Positions 41,487-52,046 of a stretch of DNA of 62,861 nucleotides are shown one piece after another. Source of the DNA: an uncultured Bacilli bacterium (GTDB lineage: Bacteria; Bacillota_I; Bacilli_A; RF39; UBA660). Both the position numbers and the translations under genes were made by a program. Position 1 is the stretch's first letter; every line of letters begins with the position of its first letter. The notes beneath the pieces were generated by a model. It searched no databases. It saw only the letters and a program-made list of their open reading frames with translations, and was not told the origin of the DNA. The stretch is taken from positions 1 to 62,861 of the forward strand of contig CANPVU010000003.1 of NCBI GenBank assembly GCA_947581765.1, given 5' to 3'.

Positions 41487-42936
41487 TAATTTTAAATCAA
41501 ATAATAAAGTTATTAAAGCAGGAATATGGTATACAATATGTAATTTTGTTGTTAAAGGATTAGTATTTCTTACTATGCCTATATTTACACGAATAATGAC
41601 GAGTAGTGATATTGGAATGTTTTCTAATGTTACATCTTGGGTAAGTATTTTAGCGATAGTTACAACATTTGAAATATATTCATCTGTTTCATTAGCACAA
41701 TTTGATTATAAAAAAGATCTAGATTCGTACATTTCTTCATCATTGTTTTTAGGAACATTAATAACTTTATTTTTTTACATTATAGTATTAATATTTCATA
41801 ATTTTTTTCAAAGTTTATTTTTAGTTGATTTTTTTACATTAAATTTAATATTTATTTATTTGCTAGTATATCCTTCAATCCAAATGTACCAAATAAGATG
41901 TAGAATTAGATATGAATATATTCCAATAATTGTAACATCATTACTTAATGCAGTTTTATCTACAGGTGCTTCTATTATTTTGGTATTATTTATGAAAAAT
42001 AAATTACAAGGAAGAATAATAGGTTATTTTACTCCATTAATAGTTATATCATTTGTCGTATATATATTGTTAATAGCTAGAGGTAAGTCAATATCGAAAA
42101 AATATTGGAAATATGCTTTGAAAATTTCGTTTCCATTAATTTGGCATTTACTTGCTGGTTATATTTTAGGTTCATCAGATAGAATAATGATTACAAAATT
42201 GATATCAGCTGATGCAAATGCATTATATAGCGTTTCATATACTGTTTCAATGGTTGTTTCTATATTATGGAGTTCAATGAATAATGCATGGAGCCCCTGG
42301 GCATATGAAAAAATGGATGAAAAAGATTTTGGCAGTTTAAAGAAAAATTCAAAACCATATACTATTTTCTTTTTGGCTGTTGTGTATTTATTTATGTTTA
42401 TTACTCCAGAATTATTATTAATAATGGGTGGAAAATATTATTTACAAGCTAAATATGTTATGCCACCAGTTATGGTTGGATATATATTTCAATTTGTATA
42501 TTCTTTATATGTTAATATTGAATTTTATCATAAAAAGCAAAAAAAAATTGCTTTTGGAACAATTATTGCAGCATTCATTAACATTGTACTTAATTTTATT
42601 TTTATACCAATATTTGGCTATATTGCAGCTGCTTATACAACATTAATAGGTTACATTTGTTTATTTATTATACATTATATATTTGTAAAAAAACTTGGAT
42701 GTACATACTGGTATGATACAAAATTTTTTGCAAAGATATTATTGGTATCTCTAATGTCAATATTATTATTTAATTTACTTTATACATTTAATATCATTAG
42801 ATATTCATTAATAGTTATTTCATTTTTATATATTATAATTTTTTCTATAAAAAATAGAAAAATAATAATTAGTATTTTTAAAACTAGAAAATTTAGTTTA
42901 ATGATTGATTTATTTAAAAGAAAGAAGGAAGCTTAG
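41479..42936 (+). CDS. Wzx-type polysaccharide flippase (MOP superfamily)
   Basis: About 12-14 TM helices. The N-terminus AGIWYTICNFVVKGLVFLTMPIFTRIM and overall layout are typical of polysaccharide biosynthesis (PST) proteins. Confidence 0.75.
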   Translation: MNNNFKSNNKVIKAGIWYTICNFVVKGLVFLTMPIFTRIMTSSDIGMFSNVTSWVSILAIVTTFEIYSSVSLAQFDYKKDLDSYISSSLFLGTLITLFFYIIVLIFHNFFQSLFLVDFFTLNLIFIYLLVYPSIQMYQIRCRIRYEYIPIIVTSLLNAVLSTGASIILVLFMKNKLQGRIIGYFTPLIVISFVVYILLIARGKSISKKYWKYALKISFPLIWHLLAGYILGSSDRIMITKLISADANALYSVSYTVSMVVSILWSSMNNAWSPWAYEKMDEKDFGSLKKNSKPYTIFFLAVVYLFMFITPELLLIMGGKYYLQAKYVMPPVMVGYIFQFVYSLYVNIEFYHKKQKKIAFGTIIAAFINIVLNFIFIPIFGYIAAAYTTLIGYICLFIIHYIFVKKLGCTYWYDTKFFAKILLVSLMSILLFNLLYTFNIIRYSLIVISFLYIIIFSIKNRKIIISIFKTRKFSLMIDLFKRKKEA

Positions 42937-44540
42937 TGAAAATATTAGCAGTAATTCCAGCAAGAGCTGGATCAAAAGGAATACCAAATAAAAATATTAG
43001 AATTATTAATGGAAAACCTTTGATATATTATTCTATTAATAATGCATTAAATTCAAAATATATTACAGATATTATAGTTACTACAGATTCAGAAGCCGTA
43101 CGATTAATTGCAAATCAAATGAAAGTTCGATGTAAACAAAGAGATACAAAACTATGTGGTGATAATATCACATTAGATTCTGTTATTTATGATGCAATTC
43201 CTAAAAATAAAACTTGGGATTATATTGTTACTATGCAGCCTACTTCACCTACATTAAAAGTTGAAACGCTTGATTCAGCAATAAAATACTCAATTGATAA
43301 TAATTTGGATACAGTTATATCGGTAATAAATTCACCACATTTATCTTGGAGCGAAAAAAATGGGGTTAAGTTTCCAAATTATGTTGAGAGATTAAATAGA
43401 CAGTATTTGCCACCATGTTATATGGAAACTGGTGCATTTGTTATTTCAAAATATAGTATTGTAACAAACGATACAAGAATAGGAAAAAAAGTGGATGTAT
43501 ATGAAGTTTCAGAAAATGAATCACAAGATATTGACAATTTTTCAGATTTACAAAATGTTTCATTAACATTAAGTATGAAAAAAGTAGCTATATATGTAAA
43601 TGGTAATAACAAAAGAGGTACTGGACATATTTATCGTGCATTAGAATTGGCCGATGAATTTTATACAAAACCTGATATATTCTATGACATTAATCAAACT
43701 GATAGAAATATTTTTGGATTTACAACACATAATTTAATTCCAATTAATGGTATTGCAGAATTATTTGAAAAGTGTAAAGAAAATAAATATACTATTTTTA
43801 TCAATGATATATTAACCACTTCGGTTGACTACATGATTGGTTTAAAATCTGTTCTTCCTCCAGATTCAAAGATTATAAACTTTGAAGATGATGGTGAAGG
43901 TATAACAAAAGCTGATGCAGTTTTTAATGCGTTATATAATAGCAATGACTTGGACAATGTATATTCAGGAGAAAAATACTATATTTGTCCAAAAACATTT
44001 TTATTTTTTAAACCTATAGAAATAAAAGAACATGTTAAAAATATTCTTGTTACATTTGGAGGTTCAGATCCACAAAACTATACTGACCGTATACTAGAAA
44101 TGATAAAAAAAAGTGAATACAATAATTATAATTTTACAATTGTATTGGGAAAATCAAAAAGTAATATAAGTGAATTAATGAAATACAATAAATATCCAAA
44201 TATTAATATGTTGTATGACGTTAAAAATATGCCAGAACTAATGTCGAATACAGATATAGCAATAACATCTAGAGGAAGAACTGGTTATGAATTAGCAATA
44301 CTTGGAATTCCATCTATAGCAATGTCTCAGAACGAAAGAGAAGAGAAACATGTATTTGTAAGTAATGAAAACGGATTTTCATATATTGGTTTAAATCCAA
44401 CAGATGAAATAATAGAAGGAACATTAAAATTATACTTAAATTTGTCTAAAGAGAGTAGAAAAGAATTACAAGACAAATTATTAGCTCACAATTTAAAAGA
44501 TGGTAGAAATAGAATTATTAATATTATTAATAGCTTGTAA
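42936..44540 (+). CDS. Fusion protein: acylneuraminate (nonulosonate) cytidylyltransferase + PseG/SpsG-like UDP-sugar hydrolase domain
   Basis: N-terminal ILAVIPARAGSKGIPNKN...QPTSP matches CTP_transf_3 (NeuA/SpsF). C-terminal VAIYVNGNNKRGTGHIYRALELA...FGGSDPQN...SRGRTGYELAILGIP resembles PseG/SpsG. GTG start overlaps the wzx stop. Confidence 0.7.
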   Translation: MKILAVIPARAGSKGIPNKNIRIINGKPLIYYSINNALNSKYITDIIVTTDSEAVRLIANQMKVRCKQRDTKLCGDNITLDSVIYDAIPKNKTWDYIVTMQPTSPTLKVETLDSAIKYSIDNNLDTVISVINSPHLSWSEKNGVKFPNYVERLNRQYLPPCYMETGAFVISKYSIVTNDTRIGKKVDVYEVSENESQDIDNFSDLQNVSLTLSMKKVAIYVNGNNKRGTGHIYRALELADEFYTKPDIFYDINQTDRNIFGFTTHNLIPINGIAELFEKCKENKYTIFINDILTTSVDYMIGLKSVLPPDSKIINFEDDGEGITKADAVFNALYNSNDLDNVYSGEKYYICPKTFLFFKPIEIKEHVKNILVTFGGSDPQNYTDRILEMIKKSEYNNYNFTIVLGKSKSNISELMKYNKYPNINMLYDVKNMPELMSNTDIAITSRGRTGYELAILGIPSIAMSQNEREEKHVFVSNENGFSYIGLNPTDEIIEGTLKLYLNLSKESRKELQDKLLAHNLKDGRNRIINIINSL

Positions 44541-44555
44541 GAAAGAAGGAAAAAA

Positions 44556-45599
44556 ATGAGAAAGACTAAACCATATTTAATAGCAGAGATAGGAGTAAAT
44601 TATTATGATACAGCAAAAGTAATGAATATTACCCCATTAGAAGCTGCAAAATTATATATTAAAGAAGTTGCAAATTCAGGGATTGATTGCGCTAAGTTCC
44701 AAACTTATAAAGCTGAGACAATAGTTTCTAAAAACTCCCCAGCATATTGGGATACATCAAAAGAAACAACTAAAACTCAATATGAACTATTTAAAAAATT
44801 TGATAGTTTTGGAAAAGAAGAATATAAAATTTTAAGTGACTATGCACATAGTTTAGGAATAGATTTTACATCAACACCATTTGATTATGAATCAGCAGAT
44901 TATTTATATGACATGGTTGATTTTTATAAAATTTCATCATCAGATTTTTCAAATTTACCTTTTATAAAACATATAGGTTCAAAAGGAAAACCAGTAGTAA
45001 TTTCAGTTGGTGCTTCATACTTATCTGAAGTTGACGAAGGTATCAGAGCACTTAAAGAATCTGGTTGTACAGATATCACAATTTTACACTGTGTATTATC
45101 ATATCCTACAAAACCTCAAGATGCTAATTTAAATATCATAAAAACTTTAAAAAAAGTTTTTCCAGATGTAAAGGTTGGATTTAGTGATCATGTAGCACCA
45201 GATGAAACTATGATGACACTCGCTACAGCTTATTTATTAGGAGCAGAAGTTATTGAAAAACATTTTACATTAGATAAAACATTGCCCGGAAATGATCATT
45301 ATCATGCTGGGAATCCAGATGATTTTAAAAAAGCGATAAAAAATTTTAAATTTATCGATAATATTTTAGGTTCAGCAGAAAAGACTGTTTTAGAATGTGA
45401 AAAGATTCCTAGAAGAGAAGCAAGAAGATCATTAGTGTTAACAAGAAATATGAAAGTTGGAGAAGTAATAGAAGAAAAAGATTTAATGCCAAAACGACCA
45501 GGAACAGGTATATCACCAAAATATATTGATATTGTAATTGGTAGAGCAATAAAAAAAGATTTGCCAGAAGATACAATTTTAACTTGGGATATGATTTAA
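44556..45599 (+). CDS. N-acetylneuraminate synthase family enzyme (NeuB/PseI/SpsE-like) with C-terminal SAF domain
   Basis: Motifs YLIAEIGVNY, DCAKFQTYK, YKISSSD and EKHFTLDK. The C-terminal RRSLVLTRNMKVGEVI matches a SAF domain. Confidence 0.9.
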   Translation: MRKTKPYLIAEIGVNYYDTAKVMNITPLEAAKLYIKEVANSGIDCAKFQTYKAETIVSKNSPAYWDTSKETTKTQYELFKKFDSFGKEEYKILSDYAHSLGIDFTSTPFDYESADYLYDMVDFYKISSSDFSNLPFIKHIGSKGKPVVISVGASYLSEVDEGIRALKESGCTDITILHCVLSYPTKPQDANLNIIKTLKKVFPDVKVGFSDHVAPDETMMTLATAYLLGAEVIEKHFTLDKTLPGNDHYHAGNPDDFKKAIKNFKFIDNILGSAEKTVLECEKIPRREARRSLVLTRNMKVGEVIEEKDLMPKRPGTGISPKYIDIVIGRAIKKDLPEDTILTWDMI

Positions 45600-45793
45600 A
45601 CTAAAAAGTTATTCAGTTTTATATTGTATAATTAATTATTTACAGTACTTACTCGTAGTCTTACTTTTATTTGATATAACACTATTAAATGGCATTATAC
45701 CATTTTTTGAAATTACATGACAATAATACTGTGTAGTAGATAAAACCTATTTAGAACAATTATTCAAAATTAGTAATATGATAACAATCAATG

Positions 45794-45823
45794 AAAAAGA
45801 GAAAAAAATTTTTTTCTCTTTTT
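45794..45823. terminator. Bidirectional terminator between convergent neuB-like gene and rnhC
   Basis: Perfect 15+15 nt palindrome: aaaaagagaaaaaaa / tttttttctcttttt. Confidence 0.6.
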
Positions 45824-45888
45824 ATGTACTACTTTTTATTGTCTACTTTTACTTAATTAATTCATTACGATTCCCATAAAACCAATAA

Positions 45889-46833
45889 TTATTGTTTATC
45901 AAGTATTTTTAAAGTATTCTTAAAATTTAATTTAGCTACTTCTTTTAATATATCTTTACCAAATTTATTAACTAATTTTATACCCATATCTGTTACTTTA
46001 TCACTAGCACCTTTAGGTAAAAATTCATCAACTTTATCACTTAATTTATCAAATTCTTTTATAAATATATATCTACTTATTAAAGAAGCACAAGCAACAG
46101 CTAGACATTTATCTTCACCCTTAGTCATGAATGTTATATTTCTAACTACATTAGGAGATTCTTTTAAATAATTATAATATACATATTTTTGTGCAAATTC
46201 ATCAACTACTATATATTCATAATCTTTTATTTCATTTGATAGTTTTAATAATACATTATTATGAAGTATTGCTTTTAATTTATTCATATTTGTTGTTTCA
46301 TTATATCTTTCATTATATTCTTTATTAGTTAGTATAGTACTTTTATATGGTATTTTTTTTATTATTTGAGGTACTATTTCCATAATTTTATCATCTGTTA
46401 ATTTTTTAGAATCTTTAACACCTAATTCTTCTAACCATTTAATATTATCTTTATTTACATAAGCACTAGTTACAACAATTGGACCAAAATAATCTCCAGT
46501 ACCAACTTCATCAGAACCAATACAATTTGCATTATATATTTTTGGATCTATTATAATTTCTTTTTTTTCTTTCTTTTCTTTTTGTTCACTATTTTTTACA
46601 TCTACTTTTTTATTAGGATTAAGCTTTCTTTCTCTTTCAATCCACATATTAGCTGATATATCAGCACTAATTCCTTGAAATACAGCTTTACCAGATTCAT
46701 ATAATGTTACAACACAGTCTGCATCATCTGCCTGAAATACAGCATATGCAGGTGTTTTAGGACGTTTAAAGTCTTCAAAAAATTCATTCATTTCATTCAT
46801 TGTGTTTTCACTAACTTTTACAGTAATTGTCAT
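45889..46833 (-). CDS. rnhC: Ribonuclease HIII
   Basis: About 310 aa with IGSDEVGTGDYFGPIVV and VDEFA motifs plus an N-terminal DUF3378-like domain. The ATG at 46833 follows an AGGAAG RBS. Confidence 0.9.
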   Translation of the reverse strand: MTITVKVSENTMNEMNEFFEDFKRPKTPAYAVFQADDADCVVTLYESGKAVFQGISADISANMWIERERKLNPNKKVDVKNSEQKEKKEKKEIIIDPKIYNANCIGSDEVGTGDYFGPIVVTSAYVNKDNIKWLEELGVKDSKKLTDDKIMEIVPQIIKKIPYKSTILTNKEYNERYNETTNMNKLKAILHNNVLLKLSNEIKDYEYIVVDEFAQKYVYYNYLKESPNVVRNITFMTKGEDKCLAVACASLISRYIFIKEFDKLSDKVDEFLPKGASDKVTDMGIKLVNKFGKDILKEVAKLNFKNTLKILDKQ

Positions 46834-46906
46834 CAAATCACTTCCTACTTATATTTTAGCACATTTTTATAAAATATGTTATAATATTGAATGCAGAGGT
46901 GTATGT

Positions 46907-47581
46907 ATGAATATAGTTGATATATTAATATTACTTTTTTTAATATATGGATTTATTATTGGTTGGAAAAATGGATTTGTAAAGCAATTAGTTTTTACTG
47001 TTGGATTAGTTTTATTATTTGCTTTTTCATATTCTTTAAAAGATCCTATTTCAACTTTTTTTTATAAGCATATACCGTTTTTATCATTTAATGGTATTGA
47101 AACACTAAATATTGTAGTTTTTGAATTTCTATCTTTCATTATTGTTTTTTTAGTACTATTTATTATATTTAGAATATTACTTAAGATTAGTAGTTTTGCA
47201 GAAAAAATATTAAAATTATCAGCATTTGTTGTTTCTAAAATATTAGGTAGTATATTAGGTGTTATTGAGTGCTTTGTAATAACATTTGCTATATTATTTT
47301 TCTTAAGTTTACCTATTTTTGAAATTAATAGTGTAAAAACTTCTAATTTAGCAAATAAAATATTGACTAAGACATTTATATTGTCTGATATGTGTAATAA
47401 TTCATTAGTTGTTTATGGACAAATAAATGAGTTGAAAAATGAATATAAAAATAATATAAATAAAGATGAATTAAATAATAAAATAGTTGATTTAATAGTA
47501 GATAAAAATCTTATTAGTAAAGATAATCTTAATTATTTGATTGAACATGATAAAATACAAAATATTAATATAGAAAAATAG
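46907..47581 (+). CDS. cvpA: CvpA-family membrane protein
   Basis: MNIVDILILLFLIYGFIIGWKNGFVKQL is a typical CvpA N-terminus. The extended -10 TGtTATAAT (46877-46885) and an AGAGGTG RBS precede the ATG at 46907, so the track start at 46802 overlaps rnhC and is rejected. Confidence 0.75.
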   Translation: MNIVDILILLFLIYGFIIGWKNGFVKQLVFTVGLVLLFAFSYSLKDPISTFFYKHIPFLSFNGIETLNIVVFEFLSFIIVFLVLFIIFRILLKISSFAEKILKLSAFVVSKILGSILGVIECFVITFAILFFLSLPIFEINSVKTSNLANKILTKTFILSDMCNNSLVVYGQINELKNEYKNNINKDELNNKIVDLIVDKNLISKDNLNYLIEHDKIQNINIEK

Positions 47582-47582
47582 G

Positions 47583-48302
47583 GTGATAAGAGTGCAACGA
47601 TATTTTGCTATAGATAAGAATGATAAAAATATAATATTATCTGATAACGATTATTATCATATAAAAAAGGTTATGAGAATGAAGAATAAAGATAATATTC
47701 AAGTAGTTTATAACAATACACTTTTTTTAGCAACTATAGATGATATAGATAATAATAAAATTTCTATAGTTAATGAGTTAGAACATAAAAAAGATAATTA
47801 TCCTTATACTAGATTAATAATACCTATGTTAAAAGAGCAAAAAATAGACTTAATACTTCAAAAGAGTACAGAGATAGGTGTAAATGAAATAATAATAGTA
47901 CCTTTTAATAGGTCTGTAGTTAAATTTCAGGGTAATAAAGAAAAATCAAAATTAGAACGTTGGGGAAAAATTTTAAAAGAAGCAAGTGAACAATCTATGA
48001 GAATTGATGTTCCTTTGATTGATATAAAACAGAATATGGATTTTATTAAAGATATCGATGGATATAAGTTTGTTTGTAGTACAAATGAAAAAGAAAAAAA
48101 CATTAAGAATGTTTTGAAAAATATTAATCAGTATGATAAAATAACTTTAGTAATAGGGCCAGAAGGTGGAATAACTGATAATGAAGAAGCATATTTTTTA
48201 AAGAATGGTTTTGAAAAAATTACATTAGGTAATCAAATACTTAGAGTAGAAACTGTTCCAATGTTTTTAATGAGTGTAATAAAATATGAATATATGGAGT
48301 GA
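47583..48302 (+). CDS. rsmE: 16S rRNA (uracil1498-N3)-methyltransferase RsmE
   Basis: The family pattern is HIKKVMRM, QKSTEIGV, EQSMR and LVIGPEGGITDNE. Confidence 0.85.
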   Translation: MIRVQRYFAIDKNDKNIILSDNDYYHIKKVMRMKNKDNIQVVYNNTLFLATIDDIDNNKISIVNELEHKKDNYPYTRLIIPMLKEQKIDLILQKSTEIGVNEIIIVPFNRSVVKFQGNKEKSKLERWGKILKEASEQSMRIDVPLIDIKQNMDFIKDIDGYKFVCSTNEKEKNIKNVLKNINQYDKITLVIGPEGGITDNEEAYFLKNGFEKITLGNQILRVETVPMFLMSVIKYEYME

Positions 48303-48308
48303 AAAAGT

Positions 48309-49283
48309 ATGGGAAATTTATTAAATAAAATAGTTGATAATAATGCATTATTTATAGGTGTTGTTGTTGGCTTATGTATTATATTAGTTATATTAATTAT
48401 ATTGATAGTTCGTTCATTTAAAAATAATAAAAAAATAAATATATATGAAGAAGAACTAGAAGATGAAGATATTAAAAAAGTAAAAAATGTAAAAAAGGAA
48501 GATATAATTGAAAGTCCAACTACTAGGAAGAAAAAAGAAAAAGTTGAACCTATAAAAGTAGAAGATGACTATGAAGAAGAGGTAAATGATAATACTGATT
48601 ATATTGATGACTTAGAAAGTGAATTAAAAGAAAAATATTCTGATGAATATCAAAAAGAAATAGAAGAAGTAAAAGAAGAGACTACTAATTCTAAATTAGC
48701 TTCTATAATATCTAAGATGGAAGAAGATAGTAAATTAAAACCTGAAGATGTAGTTGCTAATTTTGAAAAAGAACAAGAAGCACAATCTATAATTAGTTAT
48801 AAAGAACTTGTGAATGCTGTTAAGAATAGACAAGAAGATTATGAAGATGAACTTGAATCAAAACCTTTAAAGACAGTATCTGATTTAATGGAAGAATTAG
48901 AAAATAGTCAAATGGAAGAAGCACAAAAAGAAGAAAAAGTAGAAGAACCAAAAATAGAAGAAACAAAAACTAAATTTAGAAATACTGATGTTATATCACC
49001 AGTATATGGTAGGGTAGAACAACCTAGCACAAAAGATGATTTATCTAGTACTGCAACAATTGACTTATCAAACATAGAACTTTCTGATATGGATTTTATG
49101 CCTAAGAAGAAACCAAATGTTAATAATGATGAATTAGCAATGTCAGAACTTGATAAAATATATAGTAAGATGGCTGATGATTTAAAGAAAAATGAAGGAT
49201 TAGAAGATTCTAAAGAAGTAGAAAAATTAACTAGAAATGAAGAATTTTTACAATCTTTAAAAGATTTTAGAAATAAACTATAA
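48309..49283 (+). CDS. Membrane-anchored, Glu/Lys-rich protein of unknown function
   Basis: N-terminal TM helix (FIGVVVGLCIILVILIILIV) followed by a highly charged low-complexity region. GGAG RBS. Confidence 0.5.
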   Translation: MGNLLNKIVDNNALFIGVVVGLCIILVILIILIVRSFKNNKKINIYEEELEDEDIKKVKNVKKEDIIESPTTRKKKEKVEPIKVEDDYEEEVNDNTDYIDDLESELKEKYSDEYQKEIEEVKEETTNSKLASIISKMEEDSKLKPEDVVANFEKEQEAQSIISYKELVNAVKNRQEDYEDELESKPLKTVSDLMEELENSQMEEAQKEEKVEEPKIEETKTKFRNTDVISPVYGRVEQPSTKDDLSSTATIDLSNIELSDMDFMPKKKPNVNNDELAMSELDKIYSKMADDLKKNEGLEDSKEVEKLTRNEEFLQSLKDFRNKL

Positions 49284-49321
49284 GCATATGGTATAATATG
49301 CTTGTTTTTGTAGGTGATAGT

Positions 49322-50584
49322 ATGAAGTTTAAAATAATAACTTTAGGTTGTAAAGTTAATACTTATGAATCAAATGTAATAAGAGATAAACTATTAAATA
49401 GTGGATATATAGAATCTGATGAAGCTGATATTTATATAATAAATACATGTACTGTAACTAATACTAGTGATAATAAATCTTTAAAAGAAATAAGAAAAGT
49501 TAGAAGAGAAACTCCAGATGCTATTATAGTAGTATGTGGTTGTATGATTCAAGTTACAGATAAAATCGATGAAATAGATGCGGATATAATTATAGGTAAT
49601 ACTAATAAAAGTAATATTGTATCTTTAATAGAAGAATATTTAGATAAACATGAAAAAATAGTACGTATTAATGATATTATGAATTCTAGCTTTGAAAAAA
49701 TGAAACTTAATAATTTTAATAGAACAAGAGCATTTGTTAAAATAGAAGATGGATGTGAAAACTATTGTACTTATTGTATAATACCATATGCTAGAGGAAA
49801 AGTTAGAAGTAAGTTACCACAAGATGTAATGGAAGAAGTTAGTTTATTAGTAAAAGAAGGACATAAAGAAATTGTTCTTACTGGAATACATACTGGTCAT
49901 TACGGGGCAGATTTAGATAATTATACATTTGCTATGTTATTAAATGAACTTGTTAAAATAAAAGGACTTGAAAGAATTAGAATATCATCAATAGAAATGA
50001 ATGAAATAAATGATGAAGTATTAAAAATAATTAAAGATAATCCTAAGATAGTATCTCATTTACATATACCTATACAATCTGGTAGTAATGAAATATTAAA
50101 ATTAATGAATAGAAAATATCAAAAAGAAGAATTTATAGAAAAGATTAATCAAATAAGAAGTATAAGACCAGATATTAGTATTACAACAGATATAATAGTA
50201 GGTTTTCCAGGTGAAACAGAAGAATTATTTAATGAAACAATATCTACAGTAGATAAAATTAAATTTAGTAAGATACATGTTTTTCCATTTTCATTAAGAA
50301 AAGGAACTAAAGCAGAAGAATTACCAAATCATATAGATAATTCTATAAAGAAACAAAGAGTAAAAATATTAATGGAAAAAAGTAAAGAATTAGAAATAGA
50401 ATACATGAATAAATTTATAGGAAAAGATATTAAATTTATTCCAGAAGTATATAAAGAAGGGTATTTAATTGGTCATACAGGAAATTATTTATTAATTAAA
50501 TATAAGGGTAGTGAAGACTTATTACATAAAGATGTAGATGTTAAAGCTATAAAAGTAGAATATCCATATATAATATGTGAATAA
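49322..50584 (+). CDS. mtaB: tRNA (t6A37) methylthiotransferase MtaB (radical SAM)
   Basis: TLGCKVNTYES, the radical-SAM motif CENYCTYCIIP, and a TRAM-like C-terminus. It lies next to rsmE, as in Bacillus yqeU-yqeV. The extended -10 at 49289-49297 supports the ATG at 49322. Confidence 0.9.
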   Translation: MKFKIITLGCKVNTYESNVIRDKLLNSGYIESDEADIYIINTCTVTNTSDNKSLKEIRKVRRETPDAIIVVCGCMIQVTDKIDEIDADIIIGNTNKSNIVSLIEEYLDKHEKIVRINDIMNSSFEKMKLNNFNRTRAFVKIEDGCENYCTYCIIPYARGKVRSKLPQDVMEEVSLLVKEGHKEIVLTGIHTGHYGADLDNYTFAMLLNELVKIKGLERIRISSIEMNEINDEVLKIIKDNPKIVSHLHIPIQSGSNEILKLMNRKYQKEEFIEKINQIRSIRPDISITTDIIVGFPGETEELFNETISTVDKIKFSKIHVFPFSLRKGTKAEELPNHIDNSIKKQRVKILMEKSKELEIEYMNKFIGKDIKFIPEVYKEGYLIGHTGNYLLIKYKGSEDLLHKDVDVKAIKVEYPYIICE

Positions 50585-50621
50585 TTAAGCCACAATTGTT
50601 TAAATAATTAATAATTTGATT

Positions 50622-50651
50622 TGATATAATTTATTTGAAATTTAAATTTCA
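50622..50651 (+). promoter_or_regulatory. Extended -10 promoter element followed by perfect 16-bp palindrome (candidate operator)
   Basis: TGATATAAT at 50622-50630. TGAAATTTAAATTTCA at 50636-50651 lies between the -10 and the GGGAGG RBS of the 50673 gene. Confidence 0.4.
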
Positions 50652-50672
50652 GATTTTATTGGGAGGAAAAAA

Positions 50673-52034
50673 ATGAATAATTTAGAAAATAATTATTATG
50701 CAAAATGGATTACTACAGAAGAATTAGTAAAAAATAAAAAAATATTAGAGATAGGACTTCAAGATACTATACAAACAATGGGATTACCTATTGGAAGTAA
50801 TAAAGATAAAATAGTAGTTGATACATCATTAGATAGTACACTTGTTATAGCAGGTGCAGGAAGTGGAAAAACACAATGTTCAATATTACCTATGCTATAT
50901 CAAGCTGCAAATAGTGGTGAATCTGTATTAATAACAGATAAGACAAAAGAATTATATCAAACAACAGCATCATTATATAAAAATAATGGATATAATGTAA
51001 TTAATATAAATCTTAATAACACTAATATAGGTAATTGTATAAATATATTTGAATTACCAAAAAAATTATATGATAATAAGAAATATGATGAAGCATATTA
51101 TATTACTAAAAAAATATTTTCATATATATTAAAAGAAGAAAATAAAAATGTAGATCCTTTTTGGTCTAATACTGCATCTGATTATATTACTGGTGTAACA
51201 ATGAGTTTATATGATAAAAATATACCATTAAGCCAAATTAACTTTAAAACAATATCTAAATTCTCATCAGAATATAATAGTGAAGAAGTTATAAACTATT
51301 TAGAATCTATAGAAAAAGATAGTATTGCATATAAAAATATTTGTGGTACTTTTCTAGCACCATCAGAAACTAAAGCATCTATAATATCAGTATTAAATGA
51401 AAAATTATCTACTATATATAGTAAAGAAAATTTAGTAGCACTTTTAAGTAAAAGTGATTTTAATATAGAAAATATAAGAGATGAAAAAACTATATTATAT
51501 ATTTCATATGATGAATCTGATTTATTACAATCTGCATTATTTGATATTATATTTGAAGAAGTATATTTTATTGTAAATAGTAAAAAGGGTGAAAAAGCAT
51601 TTAATTTTATTATAGATAATATGGATTATAATGTTAAACCAATTGATAATTTAACTAGTATAATAAATAATTGTAGAAATAATTATATTAGATTTATTAT
51701 GTATATAAGTGGTTTTGATACATTATCTAAAATATATGGGGAAAGTAATGTAGGAACATTAAAGTATGAATTTTCTAATATATTATATTATATATCTAAT
51801 GAATTAAATACTATAAATTTTATATCTGAATATTGTGGTAAAAAGAGTGATACTTCATATTTAGTTAGTCCAGAAATGTTAAGAAGGATGCCAATGTTTA
51901 GTAGTATTTTACTAAAATCTAGAGTAATGCCATATTATTGTGTGCAAGTTCCTTTTTATGAAATGAATATTAATATAGAAAAAACAAATTTAAATGAAAA
52001 TAATTTACCTAATGTAGATGTAATTAATTTATAA
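50673..52034 (+). CDS. Soluble VirD4/TraG-like (type IV coupling protein family) P-loop protein, orphan
   Basis: Walker A LVIAGAGSGKTQCSILPML, VLITDKTKELY, DPFWSNTASDY, and R..YIRFIMYISGFDTLSKIYGE parallel T4CP blocks. There is no N-terminal TM helix. The Walker B position reads FIIDNMDY. Confidence 0.55.
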   Translation: MNNLENNYYAKWITTEELVKNKKILEIGLQDTIQTMGLPIGSNKDKIVVDTSLDSTLVIAGAGSGKTQCSILPMLYQAANSGESVLITDKTKELYQTTASLYKNNGYNVININLNNTNIGNCINIFELPKKLYDNKKYDEAYYITKKIFSYILKEENKNVDPFWSNTASDYITGVTMSLYDKNIPLSQINFKTISKFSSEYNSEEVINYLESIEKDSIAYKNICGTFLAPSETKASIISVLNEKLSTIYSKENLVALLSKSDFNIENIRDEKTILYISYDESDLLQSALFDIIFEEVYFIVNSKKGEKAFNFIIDNMDYNVKPIDNLTSIINNCRNNYIRFIMYISGFDTLSKIYGESNVGTLKYEFSNILYYISNELNTINFISEYCGKKSDTSYLVSPEMLRRMPMFSSILLKSRVMPYYCVQVPFYEMNINIEKTNLNENNLPNVDVINL

Positions 52035-52046
52035 AGAGGGGATATT

